Source of the DNA: Malacoraja senta
Taxonomy: Eukaryota
Reading direction: 5' to 3'
Length of the DNA: 64,000 bases
Assembly: GCA_038087875.1 (NCBI GenBank)
Contig: CM075995.1
Location: 3,722,001 to 3,786,000 of the forward strand
The stretch's first letter is position 1. Each line of letters begins with the position of its first letter. The notes below the pieces were generated by a model. The model searched no databases and was not told the origin of the DNA. It saw only the letters and a list, made by a program, of their open reading frames with translations. Shown in pieces: positions 11,196 through 24,377 of this stretch. The position numbers and the translations under genes were made by a program.

Positions 11196-13163
11196 TCTCT
11201 GTGTTTGTAAGGGTGCTACTAACTATGCCCCAATGGTTGCTCCGTGAGTACCCTCGAGGCACCAGCAGCCACTAACCAGTTAGAATACCTGCAGTTAATC
11301 GCTGCTCTCCTGCTGCTCTGATAGTTTCCAAGCAGGTTAATAATCTCCCATCTCTTCTCCTCATGAAAACAAAATTCATAACGCAAACTGCAAAACGGAA
11401 AAATAATTTCCTGCTTGGTTATCCTTTGGTGACTTGGAAGTGGAAGTGGGAAAACAGATTGAAGGCGTGCAATGTGATTCCATTGTGGTCGAAGAGCCTG
11501 CGCTGAGATTCTGTCCAGTTTTGCGTGGGAAATGGAATGAAGGGCTTGCATGAGAATTTCTGACCTGATTGGATTTAACTGCAGAATGAAAATCAGGAAG
11601 GATGTCGATCAGAAATAATGTGTAATCCCACTTTCTCATCCACGCCCCACACACATGGAGGTGTATAAAATCATGAGAGGAATAGACGCACAGTGTCTCT
11701 TGCCCAGAGTAGGGGAATCGAGAACCAGAGGACAGAGGTTTAAGGTGAGGGAGAAAAGATTTAATAGGAATCTGAGGGGTAACTTTTTCACACAAAGAGT
11801 GGAGGGTGTATGGAAAGGGCTGCCGAAAGAGGTAGTTGAGGCAGGGACTATCGCAACGTTTGAAGACACAATTAGACAGGTACATGGATAGTCAAGTCAA
11901 GTCAAGTCAAGAGAGTTTATTGTCAGGTGTCCCAGATAGGACAATGAAATTCTTGCTTGCTGCAGCACAACAGAATATAGTAAGCATAAATACAGTACAG
12001 TTCAGTGTGTCTATATAGCATAGACCACATATATACACATAAATAAACAGATAAAGTGCAATAGGCTGTTATAGTTCAGTTTGTTTAATGGCGAGTTTAA
12101 TAGCCTGATGGCTGTGGGGAAGAAGCTGTTCATGAACCTGGATGTACCAGATTTCAGGCTCCCATATCTTCTACCTGATGGCAGCAGAGAGATGAGTGTG
12201 TGGCCAGGATGGTGTGGTTCCTTGATGATGCTGGCAGCCTTTTTGAGGCAGCGACTGCGATAGATCCCTTCGATGGTGGGGAGGTCAGAGCCGATGATGG
12301 ACTGGGCAGTGGTCACAACTTTCTGCATTCTTTTCCGCATTCTTTTCCGCTTTTCTGCAAGTTACCGAACCAAGCCACGATGCAACCGGTCAGCATGCTC
12401 TCTACTGTGCACCTGTAGAAATTCGAGAGAGTCCTCTTTGACATAACGGCTCTCCGTAATCTTCTCAGGAAGTAGAGGCGCTGATGTGCTTTCTTAATAA
12501 TTGCATCAGTGTGCTGGGACCAGGAAAGATCTTCGGAAATATGCACGCCCAGGAATTTGAAGTTCTTTACCCTTTCCACCATCGTCCCGTTGACATAAAC
12601 AGGATTGTGGGCCCCTATCCTACCCCTTCCAAAGTCCACAATCAGTTCCTTGGTTTTGCTGGTGTTGAGAGCCAGGTTATTGTGCTGGCACCATTTGGTC
12701 AATCTCACTTCTATACTCTGACTCGTCACCATCAGTGATTCGTCCCACCACAGTTGTGTCGTCGGCGAACTTGATGATGGAGTTTGCACTATGACCGGCT
12801 ACGCAGTCATGAGTATAGAGTGAGTACAGCAGGCGGCTGAGCACGCAGCCTTTTTTTTTAATTTCTTTTTTTATTTTTATTTTATTAGAAGTAAGTACAA
12901 TTGTATACAATCATATTTTCATAATACCTTTTATGTACAGCTTCATATTTTTTAAATTTTTTGAAATAAAGAAGAAAAAGAAAAAAGTTAGATAATGAAA
13001 AATAGAAAAATGTGAGATATATAGTGTGTGAAAAAGTAAAATAAAGAATGAAATAAGAAAGTTGAGACATAGAAAAATAAAAGAATAAAAGAAAAGATGA
13101 GAAGAAAAGAAAATAGAAGGAGATCATTTATAATCTTGACCATCCGCAGTCACGGATTAGCTT

Positions 13164-16100
13164 TTACACCTGTTTTGCACCATACGTTTCCAAAAAGACG
13201 ACAAATGGAGACCAACTCGTTATGAATTGGTCAAATTTATCTATTAGGAGGAATCGCATTTCCTCAAGATGTGCGGTATCCAACATACTTGCAATCCACA
13301 TTTTGAGCGTTGGTATTGGTGTATTTTTCCAAAATTTCAATATTAATTTTTTTGCTATTATTAAACCATAATTAAAAATTGACTTTTGAGATGAGCTCAA
13401 TTTGTTCCCGTCTTCCATTACCCCAAATATAATCAATTCATTATTGGGTTCCATTTTTGTCTTAAATAGTTTTGTAAATATTTTGAAAATATCACTCCAA
13501 AATCCATGAAGTTTTATACAAGAAAAAAAAGAGTGTGTTATAGTTGCTTCTTGGGTTAAACATTTATCGCAAATGGGCAATATATTTGGATAAAATGTAT
13601 TTAATCTTGTTTTTGAGTAATATAATCTATGTAAAATTTTAAATTGGATTAGATTATGTCTTGCGTTAATCGAACACTTGTGAATGTATGTCAAATACTT
13701 TTCCCATGTAGCCTTCGTAATTTTTATCAATAATTCCCGTTCCCACTCTTCTCTAATTACCTCGGTCACAGGTAAATCTATATTTAAGATACTATTATAT
13801 AAATATGCTATTAATTTTTGTGTATCAGCTTTTATATTCATTACTTCTTCTAGTAAATCAGGAGTTATTTTTTGATATCCCTGTATGTATGTCGTCAAAA
13901 AATTACAAATCTGAAAATATTTAAAATAATGAGTGTTTTTCAGTTTAAATTTTAATTGTAATTGTTGAAATGATAATAAATCTCCCATTTCATACATATC
14001 CCCGATCCTTTTAATTCCTAAACTTTCCCATTGATTATATATTTTATCCATCATAGATGGTTTAAATAAAGGATTATTCGCTATCGGTGTTAACAGTGAT
14101 AGGTTTCTTAATTTTAAGGATAGTTTTATTTGTTTCCATATTCTTATTGTATCTTGTATAATTGGGTTTTTCTTATATATTGTATTGTTCATTTTTTTCG
14201 GGGAGAATTGTTCCTATATTACAAGGATAACAATCCTCTTTCTCCATTTTTATCCATTCTGTCTGTTGAGTTGAACTATCCAACCAGTAAATTATATTCT
14301 TAATATGTATTGCCCAATAGTAATACAAAAAATTAGGGAGTGAAAATCCCCCGACATCTTTTGGTTTACATAAGTGTTCTTTTTTAATTCTATGTGATTT
14401 GTAATCCCAAACAAAATTAGTAATATTAGCGTTCAGTTTAGAAAAAAAATATTTTGGTACATATACTGGTATAGATTGAAATAGGTATAATAACTGTGGT
14501 AAGAAGCTCATTTTAATAGCATTTATTCTGCCTATTAATGATAAAGGGAGTGTTTTCCAAAATGTTATCATTATATTAAGTTTATTTATTAAGGGTATAA
14601 AATTAGCATTGAATAAAGCTTTATGTTTTCTAGTAATCTGTATACCCAGATATTTGAATTTTTCTGTTGCTATTTTAAAGGGGAATTTCAATAAGTGTGT
14701 GGATTCTTGAGGTTTTAACGTCATAATTTCACTTTTGTTCCAGTTTATTCTATATCCTGAAAAGGACCCAAATTCCTCTATTAAATTTAATACATTTGGT
14801 ATGCTCGTTTGTGAATTTGTTATATATAACAAAATATCGTCTGCATACAATGAAATTTTATTATTTGAGTCCCTAGTATTATAACCCTGAATATTCGGAT
14901 GGCTTCTTATACTTTCAGCCAGAGGTTCTATCATAAGGGCAAATAGCAGGGGTGATAAAGCACATCCCTGCCTATTACCCCTTGATAATTGAAATTTTTG
15001 AGATAACATGCTGTTGGTTAATATTCTTGCCATCGGTTTATCATATAATAATTTCACCCATGCAATAAAATTCTCTCCCATATTAAATTTTTGTAATACT
15101 TGTATAAATACTGCCATTCTACCTGATCAAATGCTTTCTCTGCGTCCAAAGAAATAATTGCTAAGTCTTTTTCTTCCTTTTTATGTGAGTACATTATATT
15201 AAACAGGCGTCTCAAATTATTAAATGAATATCTTTTGGGTATAAACCCCGTTTGATCAGGGTTTATCAATTTACTAATATATTTGCTTAGTCTTCTAGCT
15301 AAAGTCTTTGCTAGAATTTTCTGGTCGGTATTTAAAAGTGATATAGCTCTATATGAGCCCAGTTCCTCTAGATCTTTATCTTTCTTTGGAATAAGCGTAA
15401 TAGTTGATTCTGCTAATGATTCAGGTAATTTATTTTCTTTAAAAACGTGAGTATATAAATTAAATAGATAGGGGGTCGTTATCTCATGAAACTTTTTATA
15501 AAATTCATTACTAAAACCATCTGGTCCCGGTGTCTTACCATTTTTCAGCAATTTTATTGTTTCACCTATTTCTTCGATTGTAATTTGCGCTCCTAGTTCT
15601 TCTTGTTCCAAAAGGTCAAGTTTTGGTAGATTACATTTATCTAAAAAATTTGTAATTTTACTATCTTCTGTTTTGGTTTTTGATGTGTATAAATTCTGAT
15701 AAAATTGAACAGATCTTTTATTGATATCTTTAGGTAGTGTTAGTAATTCACCATTCTCGGATTTAATTTTATTTATGGTATTTTCCTTTTCCTGTTTTTT
15801 CAATTGACGCGCCAACAGCTTATGTGGTTTGTCACCAAACTCAAAATGTTCCTGTTTTGTAATTTGGAATAATCTTATTACTCTTGCCGAGAGAATTCGG
15901 TTAAGTTTAAATTTCAGTAGTATTATCTTATTATGTTTATCTATAGTGGGATCTTTAGCATTATCTAACTCTAACTGTCTTATTTCTTGTTCTAACAGCA
16001 TCTGTTCTGTTTTATTCTTCTTATTTTGAAAAATTTCATATGAAATTATAATTCCTCTAATAAATGCTTTAAAAGTTTCCCATATTAAAGAAGGTGAGGT

Positions 16101-16967
16101 ACCTGGTGTATCATTTATCTCAAAAAATGATATAATTTGTTGTTTCAAATATTGATAACCCTGTAAGTCATTTAATATATATGTGTTAAACCTCCAAAAA
16201 AAATTCTTTCCCGGCATTCCTTCAAATTTTACTAAAAAAGTCAATGGAGAGTGATCAGAAATACTACTAATATGGTAAGTTGGGTTAATTATATATGGCA
16301 TTAATTTCCTATCCACTAAAAAATAATCAATTCTTGAGTATGTTTTATGTACCGAAGAGTAAAACGAGTATTCCCTTCCTGCTGGGTTAGCAGATCTCCA
16401 TACATCTGTTATGTTAGTATTTTTTATATATGTATTTAGAAATTCACTAGTCTTAGATTTTGTATTACTCCTTCTTTGTTTTGCTGATTTGTCTATGTAA
16501 GGATCTAAAACACAGTTGAAATCCCCTCCTATTACGACATTTTGATAATTAAACTCCAGTATTATATCTATAATTTTCTCAAAAAATTGAGGGTTATCAA
16601 AATTCGGAGCGTAAATATTTACCATAGTTATTGGGGTAGCATAAATTTCTCCCGAAACTATAATATACCTTCCCTCTTTATCTGATATAGTATTCTTTAA
16701 TTTGAACGGTATACCTTTTCGAATAAGAATAGCCGTACCTCTAGATTTAGAAGTAAATGACGAATAATATGTTTGGCCTATCCACTTCGCCTTTAATCTC
16801 ATTTGTGTTTCCTGTTTCATGTGAGTTTCTTGCAAGTAGATTATGTCGCTTTTCAAAGATTTTAGGTGAGCAAAAATTTTACCCCTCTTTATTGGTTCAT
16901 TGGCACCCCTTATATTCTAACTACAGAATGTGATTCCTCCATTCTTTATTTGCCTATCGTCCTGCAT
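13164..16967 (-). pseudogene. L1 ORF2 (APE endonuclease, RT, C-terminal Cys domain); one stop and two frameshifts
   Basis: ATG at 16967 gives MQDDRQIKNGGITFCS*NIRG. Motifs YLQETH, GGDFN, SRIDYF, SDHSP, SLDAEKAFD, RQGCALSP, LYADD and CDKC...HSFFSC. The frame breaks near 15100 and 14190. Confidence 0.9.
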
Positions 16968-17963
16968 TGTATATCAAAGTGATGTTCTTGAAACATATGG
17001 TGCAAACAAATACCTCCGTGTTCTGGACGTTGGGTGGTCATTCCAAATTTTTAAGTTTACATTACATCTCCATCTCCAAAAGTGCCTTAGATAAAGCAAG
17101 AAAAGTTGTGATTTACAATTAATTAAGTGATTTTTAAAAAAAAGTGAAATTAAGGTATCTAAAAGCAGGTACCTTAAAGACAAATAGCCACCTAATTATT
17201 TTATTTTACAGTGATGTTATTTTGTTATTTGATGTTGATGTTATTTTACAGTGAGCCCCAATCCCTTATTAACACCTCGTAAAAAAAAAAAAAACTACAA
17301 ACCGTCTTGTTTATTCTTGTATAACTTTATCAAACTAGCGTTAGTAAAATGCCCCCCAAAAAAATAATTAAAAAAAAAATTAGTAATAATAATAATAATA
17401 ATAACAAAAATATGCAAAGATAAAATATTAAAGAGTTAAAAAAAAAAAAAAAAAAATTAATGTAATTAAACCCCAAATCCAAATATAAACCACAACCTAT
17501 TCTCATTTCTATAAGTATTTGTACTGTACAAATTTATCTAGCCAGCTACCCTACAAGCAGGGGTTAACCTCATTCCTGGATTTTTTCCAAGTTTATGTTG
17601 CGTTCCCACTCAAAAAGAAAGAAAGAAAATGTTAGTAATGTTATAGACATTTTGTTATAGACATTTTGGTTAATTACAACTGATAAGCAATGGTTTATTC
17701 ATAATTATTCATATTTACTACACACACTCACATTAGTTTTGTTAAAGTTAGTTAGTTAAAGTTAGTTAGTTAATTGTAATTAGCATATAATAGTTAAATA
17801 ATAGTTAAATACTCATGTTATCTCGTTCTTTGTACGAGAGCTTTTCATTCAAGGTTAAACAATATTGTCCAATACATTCCAGACAGATAAGCTCAGTAAC
17901 TGTCTGAGAAATCCGCCAGTTCCAGCTCCATCTTAGAAATTAAAAAGTTCCATGTTCATTCCT

Positions 17964-18989
17964 TTAGTCGTCTTCTTCTGATGTTTCCGAGGCTTTCCTC
18001 ATGATATCTTCTGCATATTTAAATGCTTTTTCTGGGTCCGTAAATGAGCGCTCAATTTCCTTATATGTAATTTTCATTTTTGCAGGAAAAACAATACCAT
18101 ATCTGACTTTAGAAATACCCCTCAATATGTTTCTTGTCGGTGTAAACAGGTTCATTCTCTGGACAATCTCTGGAGGATAATCACAGAAAAATCGGATCTT
18201 TTCCCCACGATATATCAAATTTTCACCATGAACAATCTTCTTCAGTATAGTTTCCACTGAAGAAATATCAAGAAATTTCACAATTATCTGTCTTGGAGCA
18301 GCATTTATGCCTCTTGAGACACGTCCAACTCGTTGAACAGTATCTATTCTTAGTTCTCCCGGAAGTTTAAGAACCTCTTTGAGTAATTCAGTAACGAAAG
18401 TACGTGTTTGAGATACATGTTCTTCTCGTCCTTCTCTTACTCCAACGATTCTCAAATTCTGCCTTCTCGCTCTCGCTTCCAAGTCCAAACATTTGTCAGT
18501 CATTCTTGCCAGCTTTTCTGCTTCATCTTTCTTTGATTTTTTCAGACTGTTTATTTCCATGATCATCTCTTTCATATCACTTTCCATCTCTTCCATTCTC
18601 TCGTCAATGTTGTCCATCTTAGCATTTACACCAGAAAGCTTCTTATTATAATCCTTTTCGACTCTAACAATTTCTGAGTTAAGTTTTTTATCAAACTCAT
18701 TATGTTGCTTCTTCAGCTCCTTTAACTCATCACAGGCACCATCAATTTTATGAGAAAATATTTCCATATTATTCTCCATACTCTTAATTGTAGTAGTAAT
18801 TTCTACAAACATTTCCTTTACCTCCAGCTCTTTCTTTCCTCCTTTTGTAGCCATTTCCAGCACAACTCCTTGGCTATCGGGCTCCTCCTCAGAACCTTCT
18901 TCAGTTGTTTGCAGAGTATCCAACACACTTTTCAGCTGGAGGCTTATAGTGGGTTTTTTTGGTGCGCGTGAACAAGTCCTCTTGCTCAT
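17964..18989 (-). CDS. L1 ORF1p (coiled coil, RRM, CTD), 341 aa, open
   Basis: A long heptad-rich region is followed by the L1 ORF1 motifs LEARARRQNLRIVGVREG, PRQIIVKF, IRFFCDYP and YGIVFPAKMKI. Confidence 0.9.
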   Translation of the reverse strand: MSKRTCSRAPKKPTISLQLKSVLDTLQTTEEGSEEEPDSQGVVLEMATKGGKKELEVKEMFVEITTTIKSMENNMEIFSHKIDGACDELKELKKQHNEFDKKLNSEIVRVEKDYNKKLSGVNAKMDNIDERMEEMESDMKEMIMEINSLKKSKKDEAEKLARMTDKCLDLEARARRQNLRIVGVREGREEHVSQTRTFVTELLKEVLKLPGELRIDTVQRVGRVSRGINAAPRQIIVKFLDISSVETILKKIVHGENLIYRGEKIRFFCDYPPEIVQRMNLFTPTRNILRGISKVRYGIVFPAKMKITYKEIERSFTDPEKAFKYAEDIMRKASETSEEDD

Positions 18990-19167
18990 TTAAAAGTCCG
19001 TTATCTAATGATATTTTCCTTATGCAAACCAAGCAGCTCCGTTGAGTTATTTTTAACTTTAAAACGGCTTTTTGATAATTTTTATGGGAGTAAAGCTCAC
19101 TGCAGCGTCCTCAATGTTCCATGACGCTACCGGAAGTCGAGCACGCAGCCTTGAGGTGCTCCCGTGC

Positions 19168-19361
19168 AGGTTATTGTGCTGGCACCATTTGGTCAATCTC
19201 ACTTCTATACTCTGACTCGTCACCATCAGTGATTCGTCCCACCACAGTTGTGTCGTCGGCGAACTTGATGATGGAGTTCGCACTATGACCGGCTACGCAG
19301 TCATGAGTATAGAGTGAGTACAGCAGGCGGCTGAGCACGCAGCCTTGAGGTGCTCCCGTGC
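19168..19361. repeat. 194-bp tandem duplication within the Rex1-like element
   Basis: Duplicates 12674-12852 plus 19153-19167. The L1 sits in the first copy. Confidence 0.85.
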
Positions 19362-20635
19362 TGATTGTTATCGAAGATGACACATTTCCACCAATACGGA
19401 CAGACTGTGGTCTGTGAATGAGGAAGTCGAGGATCCAATTGCAGAGGGATGCTCAGAGACCCAGATCTGAGAGTTTGGTAACCAGCTTGGAGGGGATGAT
19501 TGTATTAAATGCTGAGCTGTAGTCAATGAATAACAGCCTGACATATGAGCTTTTGTTGTCCAAGTGGTCCAGAGCGGAGTGGAGAGCCAGCGAGATCACA
19601 TCAGATCTGTTGTAGCGGTAAGCGAACTGCAGTGGGTCGATGTTCTTGTCGAGGTAGGAGTTGCTATGCGCCATAATCAACCTCCTAAAGCACTTCATCA
19701 CCGCAGACATTAGTGCCACTGGTCGATAGTCATTGAGGCATGTCACCTTGCTCTTCTTGGGCACCGGTATTATTGATGCCCTTTTAAAGCAGGTGGGAAC
19801 CTCAGACCTCAGAAGTGAGATGTTGAAAATGTCCGTAAAAAATCCAGCCAGTTGGTCCGCACAGGTTTTTAGAACACGACCGGGTATACCATCAGGTCCA
19901 GGCGCTTTCCGAGGATTTCCTGACGTCGGCCTCTGTGACTGAGACTGAAATACCATCACAGCGAATGGGGGCTCGGGAACGCACATGAGTTTTCTCCCTA
20001 TCAAAGCGTGCGTAAAACGCATTGAGCTCGTCAGGGAGTGATGCTTCGCTGACAACTGAGCTGCCTCCTGATTTCGCCTTGTAGGAGGTGATGGCATTCA
20101 AGCCCTGCCACAGTTGCCGAACATCTGTCTCATCCTCCAACTTGGAGCAGAAGTCCCTTTTGACCTTTTTGATGGCCTTACGAAGGTCGTATCTGGACCT
20201 GAATGCCCGGGATCTGGACTTCAGAAGAGTGCAGATTTGGACAGATTTGGAGGGAGATGGACCAAAATCAGGCAGGTGCGACTAGTGTAGATAGGACATG
20301 TTGGATCCTGTGGGCAAGTTGGGCTGAAGGGTCCGTTTCCACGCTGTTTCACTCCATGTCTCTATGAAGGAGAAAACAGTTTTCCACCACAATTATATAA
20401 CACCTAGGAGGTTTTAGAGCTTCAGATTAAAACAAACGAAAAAATATTGGATTCCTTAATAACATTTTGTAGATCTTTGGGCAATAACAACCTTGGAGGT
20501 ATTAATATCAGTTTTCAAATGAGAAAGGGCATATTTTACAATGTTTGCCTTTTTCAGGTCCCACTCGAAGATAAGTAGTCTGAAAAAGGGTCTATCCATG
20601 TTCTCCAGAGATGCTGCCTGACCCACCGGGTTTTG

Positions 20636-20928
20636 GTTAGTTTAGCTTAGAGATACAGCACGGAAAAAGGCCCCTTGGCTCACCAGTGATCCACGTACAT
20701 TAAATCTATCCTACACACACCAGGGACAATTTACATATTTACCAAGCCAATTAGCCTACAAACCTGTACGTCTTTGGAGCGTTAGAGTAAAACGGTGATC
20801 CCTGGGAAAACCCACACAGGTCACGGGGAGAAGGTACAAACTCCGTACAGACAAGCACCCATAGTCAGGATCAAACCTGGGTCTCTGGTGCTGTAAGGCA
20901 ACAGTTCTACTGCTGTGCCACCGTGCCG
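20636..20928 (-). mobile_element. tRNA-derived SINE
   Basis: Same family as 1266-1567. Another copy lies at ~21365-21660. Confidence 0.75.
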
Positions 20929-21951
20929 GTCTAGGTCTTACAAAATGTTATTCCAGCACTTTGTACCCTTTCCTCTTTATGTCACGGATTCACGCTGAAA
21001 ATGCCTCACAATTGAAATGAACCAATTTATTTTTTGAAAAAACAAATAATGAAATAATGAGCTCGGAAATGAATCCCTCTCTTCCACAGCCCACCACCTG
21101 TTAAGAGAGTCGAGGGATGTCAACAAGGAGCTAGAATGTGTAATCTGGCTGCCCATAGTTCACTGTGCTAAAATGAGTTCAACACACCAAGTTACAATAG
21201 TGTTGCATCTTGCCTCTGGTGAGTAATAGAGGTTTAGCTGAGGAGATGTTCTCATTGCAATATGACTCGGTTTGCTAATAAAACATACTTATCTCAATAA
21301 AATCAAAGCTCGGTGTTATTTAACCCAGCAGAGTTGCATCTGAAAGAGCCACTGCCTTACTTTAGACTTTAGCCTTTATAGATACAGCATGGAAACAGGC
21401 CTTTCGGCCCACCGAGTCGATGCCGTCCAGCGATCACCCCGTGCACTGGCACTACCCTATACACGCTAGGAACAATTTACAATTTTACCAAAGCCAGTTA
21501 ACCTACAAACCTGTACTCCTTTGGAGTGTGGGAGGAAACTGGAACACCCAGAGAAAACCCACACAGGTCACAGGGAGAATGTACAAACTCCGTACAGACA
21601 GCATATGTGGTCAGGATCGAACCATTGTCTCTGGCAGCAACTCTACTGCTGCACCACTGTGAGTAGAGAGAGTGGAGGGATGGCAAAACTCTTATAACTG
21701 CTCTAATCCTTACTCACCACCACCATGTTTCGCAAGCTAGCATTGAAAGGGGCTCCTTCAGAAGCAGTCCTTCTCGCTGGCTTGCGCCTTTATATTTCTT
21801 AGTTTTAATACAAATTAATAACCTCGGGTCAACAAACTAACTGCAAGGGTTTAGTTTAGTTCAGCTTAGTTTAGTTTAGTTTAGTGTCACGTGTACCAAG
21901 GTACAGTGAAAAGCTTTTGTTGCGTGCTGACCAGTCAGGGGAAAGACAATA

Positions 21952-23532
21952 TCTTTTCATTTTTTATTTTTTATTTATTAGAAGTACATTACATTACAAC
22001 TAATTACATTAGTACTCGTCACGTATATCTTATTACAATTAATGTACTCCGTCATTTTTTACACTAATAAAGGGAAAGGATGAGATTGAGAGAAAGGAGA
22101 AAGTGAAGGAAAAAAGTGAAAGTGGAAAACAACGTGACAACAAAAAAGAACAAAGACCCTATAAGAAATAAATAAATAAATAAAGAATTAAGAAATAGAC
22201 CCTAAAAAAGAAAAAAAAAAGAGAAAGAGGGAAAATAGAAAAACAAATACTTTGTTGTAAGCATCACGCAAATGGGATATACCAACTCTCCAGCTTTCAT
22301 CCCCCCTTACCTGACCTCAGTTTTATTTTTTTAAAGTACTTTTGCACCCTATACTTGTAATAATTCTATAAATGCAGACCACGTCAGGTGGAAGTGATCT
22401 GGTTTACCTGCCAGGAGGAGTCTTATCTCTTCTAGGTGTAATGTTTCGAACATATTTGAAATCCACGTGTTTATAGTTGGTATTGGAGCATTTTTCCAGA
22501 ATTTTAGGATTAACTTTTTTCCAGTTATTAACCCATAGTCTATTAATTTCTTTTGGAACACATTTAGTTCTGGACTATCTTCCGTTGTTCCGAAGATAAT
22601 CCATTCTGCTTTGGGTATCAGTTTTATTTTAAATAATTTTGTAAAGATTTCAAAAATTTCAATCCAAAATTTTTGAATTTTTGTACAGAAAACAAATGAG
22701 TAGCTTCTTGAGATTGACATTTATCACAAATGGATGATATATTTGGGAAAATTTTATTAATTTTAGTTTTGGAATAATATAATCTATGTAAAATTTTAAA
22801 TTGTATTAAAGTGTGTCTTACATTAATCGAACATTTATGCACGTTTAATAAATGTTCATTCCACCTTTCCTTTGAGATTTTAATAGCTAATTCTTGTTCC
22901 CAGTCTCTTCTAATACCTTCCGTAGATGGTATTTCTACATTTAAGATAATATTATACAAATATGATATTAAGTTTGCTGATTCAGCTTGTATCTGCATTG
23001 CTTCATCCAATACATCTGCTGGGATATTATAATGATCTTTTGTATATTTTTTCAAATAGTCACATATTTGAAAATATTTAAAGTATTGATTATTCCCCAG
23101 TTTATATTTTATTTGTAATTGTTGGAATGATAGTAATTTTCCAGTTTCATACAAGTCACCGAACGTTTTAATTCCTAGTCTATCCCATTGTATAAAAGAT
23201 TTGTCTGTAATAGAGGGATTAAACGAAGGGTTATTAACTATTGGAGATAAAAGCGATAGATTTCTTAATTTTAAATTTTGTTTTATTTGTTTCCAAGTTC
23301 TGATTGTACTATGTATAATTGGGTTTTTGTTATAATTTATGTTATTCAGTTTCATTGGTGAGAGGAGGATCGCTCCAATGTTTCCAGAGGAGCAGTCTTC
23401 TCTCTCCATTACAATCCAGTCCACTTGCTGGGCAGAGTTGTCCATCAGTTGAATCATATTTTTAATATTTACTGACCAATAATAATACATGAAGTTAGGG
23501 AGTGCTAAGCCCCCTAATACTTTAGGTTTATT
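21952..23532 (-). mobile_element. 5'-truncated L1 (ORF2 C-terminal third), a different subfamily from the full-length copy
   Basis: GGLALPNFMYYYW...LIQFKILHRLYYSK...CDKC is homologous to 13164-14400. It has an A-rich tail and CAATA flanks (21947-21951, 23533-23537), and sits inside a Rex1-like 3' UTR. Confidence 0.9.
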
Positions 23533-24377
23533 CAATACATGATTACAATCGATCCATTTACAGTGTATAGATACATGATCAGGGAATAATGTTTGCTGCT
23601 TGGCAAAGGCAGTAAAGTCCAATCAAAGATAGTCCGAGGATCACCAACGAGGTAGATAGCAGTTCAGGACTGCTCTCCAGATGTGGTAGGATGATTCAAT
23701 TGCCTGATAACAGCTGGGAAGAAACTGTCCCTGAATCCGGAGATGTGCATTTTCACACTTGTATAACTTTCGCCCCCCCCCCCGGATGTGTAGAAGTGTG
23801 AAAACGCACACCTCCAGATGCAGGGACAGTTTCTTCCCAGCTTATTGCCACTCACTGAAATATTGAGAGCACACAGCGTGCTCTGCGTTTGCCTGCAGTG
23901 GTGTGATAATGAATGCAAATAAAATGTAAATGCTTTGCTCCATGGCCTCCTGTTCCCAGCTTTCCTGGAGATAGTAAATTCTACTAGGCTCCATCTGGCT
24001 TGGCAATTAGAGCACTATAAATTGGAGGCCCTGCTGCTGCCTTTAATAGCAGGGTAATTCATCCAAATTCTACAGCATCCCATCAGCGGGATTCGATTAC
24101 AGTGGGACGCAGCAATCCATTACCATCCACTACTATTTTCACAGCAATCCACATTCTGCCTCCACTGCTGGGCCAAACCATCAGAGTATTCACCCTGATT
24201 CTGCTCCTATGACGATAGACATAGAAACATAGAAAATAGGTGCAGGAGTAGGCCATTCAGCCCTTCGAGCCAGTACCGCCATTCAATATGATCATGGCTG
24301 ATCATCCAAAATCAGTACCCCGTTCCTGCTTTCTCCATATATCCCTTGATTCCGTTATCCCCAAGAGCTAACTCTAA

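Larger units (their letters stand above)
12851..19138 (-). mobile_element. Near full-length L1-clade retrotransposon (~6.3 kb)
   Basis: The 5' end is GACTTCCGG and the A-rich tail starts at 12851. The 14-bp TSD is GAGCACGCAGCCTT (12839-12852, 19139-19152). ORF1, a ~1-kb T-rich spacer and ORF2 are all present. Confidence 0.95.
11891..20237 (-). mobile_element. Rex1/Babar-like LINE (5'-truncated), inserted in a CR1 and interrupted by an L1
   Basis: RT motifs [49 protein letters not shown] and the C-terminus HHPGHTLISLLPSGRRY. The tail is (CTTGA)n at ~11891-11910. The host CR1 (11657-11890) resumes at ~20238. Confidence 0.85.

Noticed and set aside
12674..19361. LTR pair or giant TSD around the L1
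   Set aside because: It is explained by a tandem duplication of Rex1-like RT sequence plus a normal 14-bp TSD, and there are no TG/CA ends.
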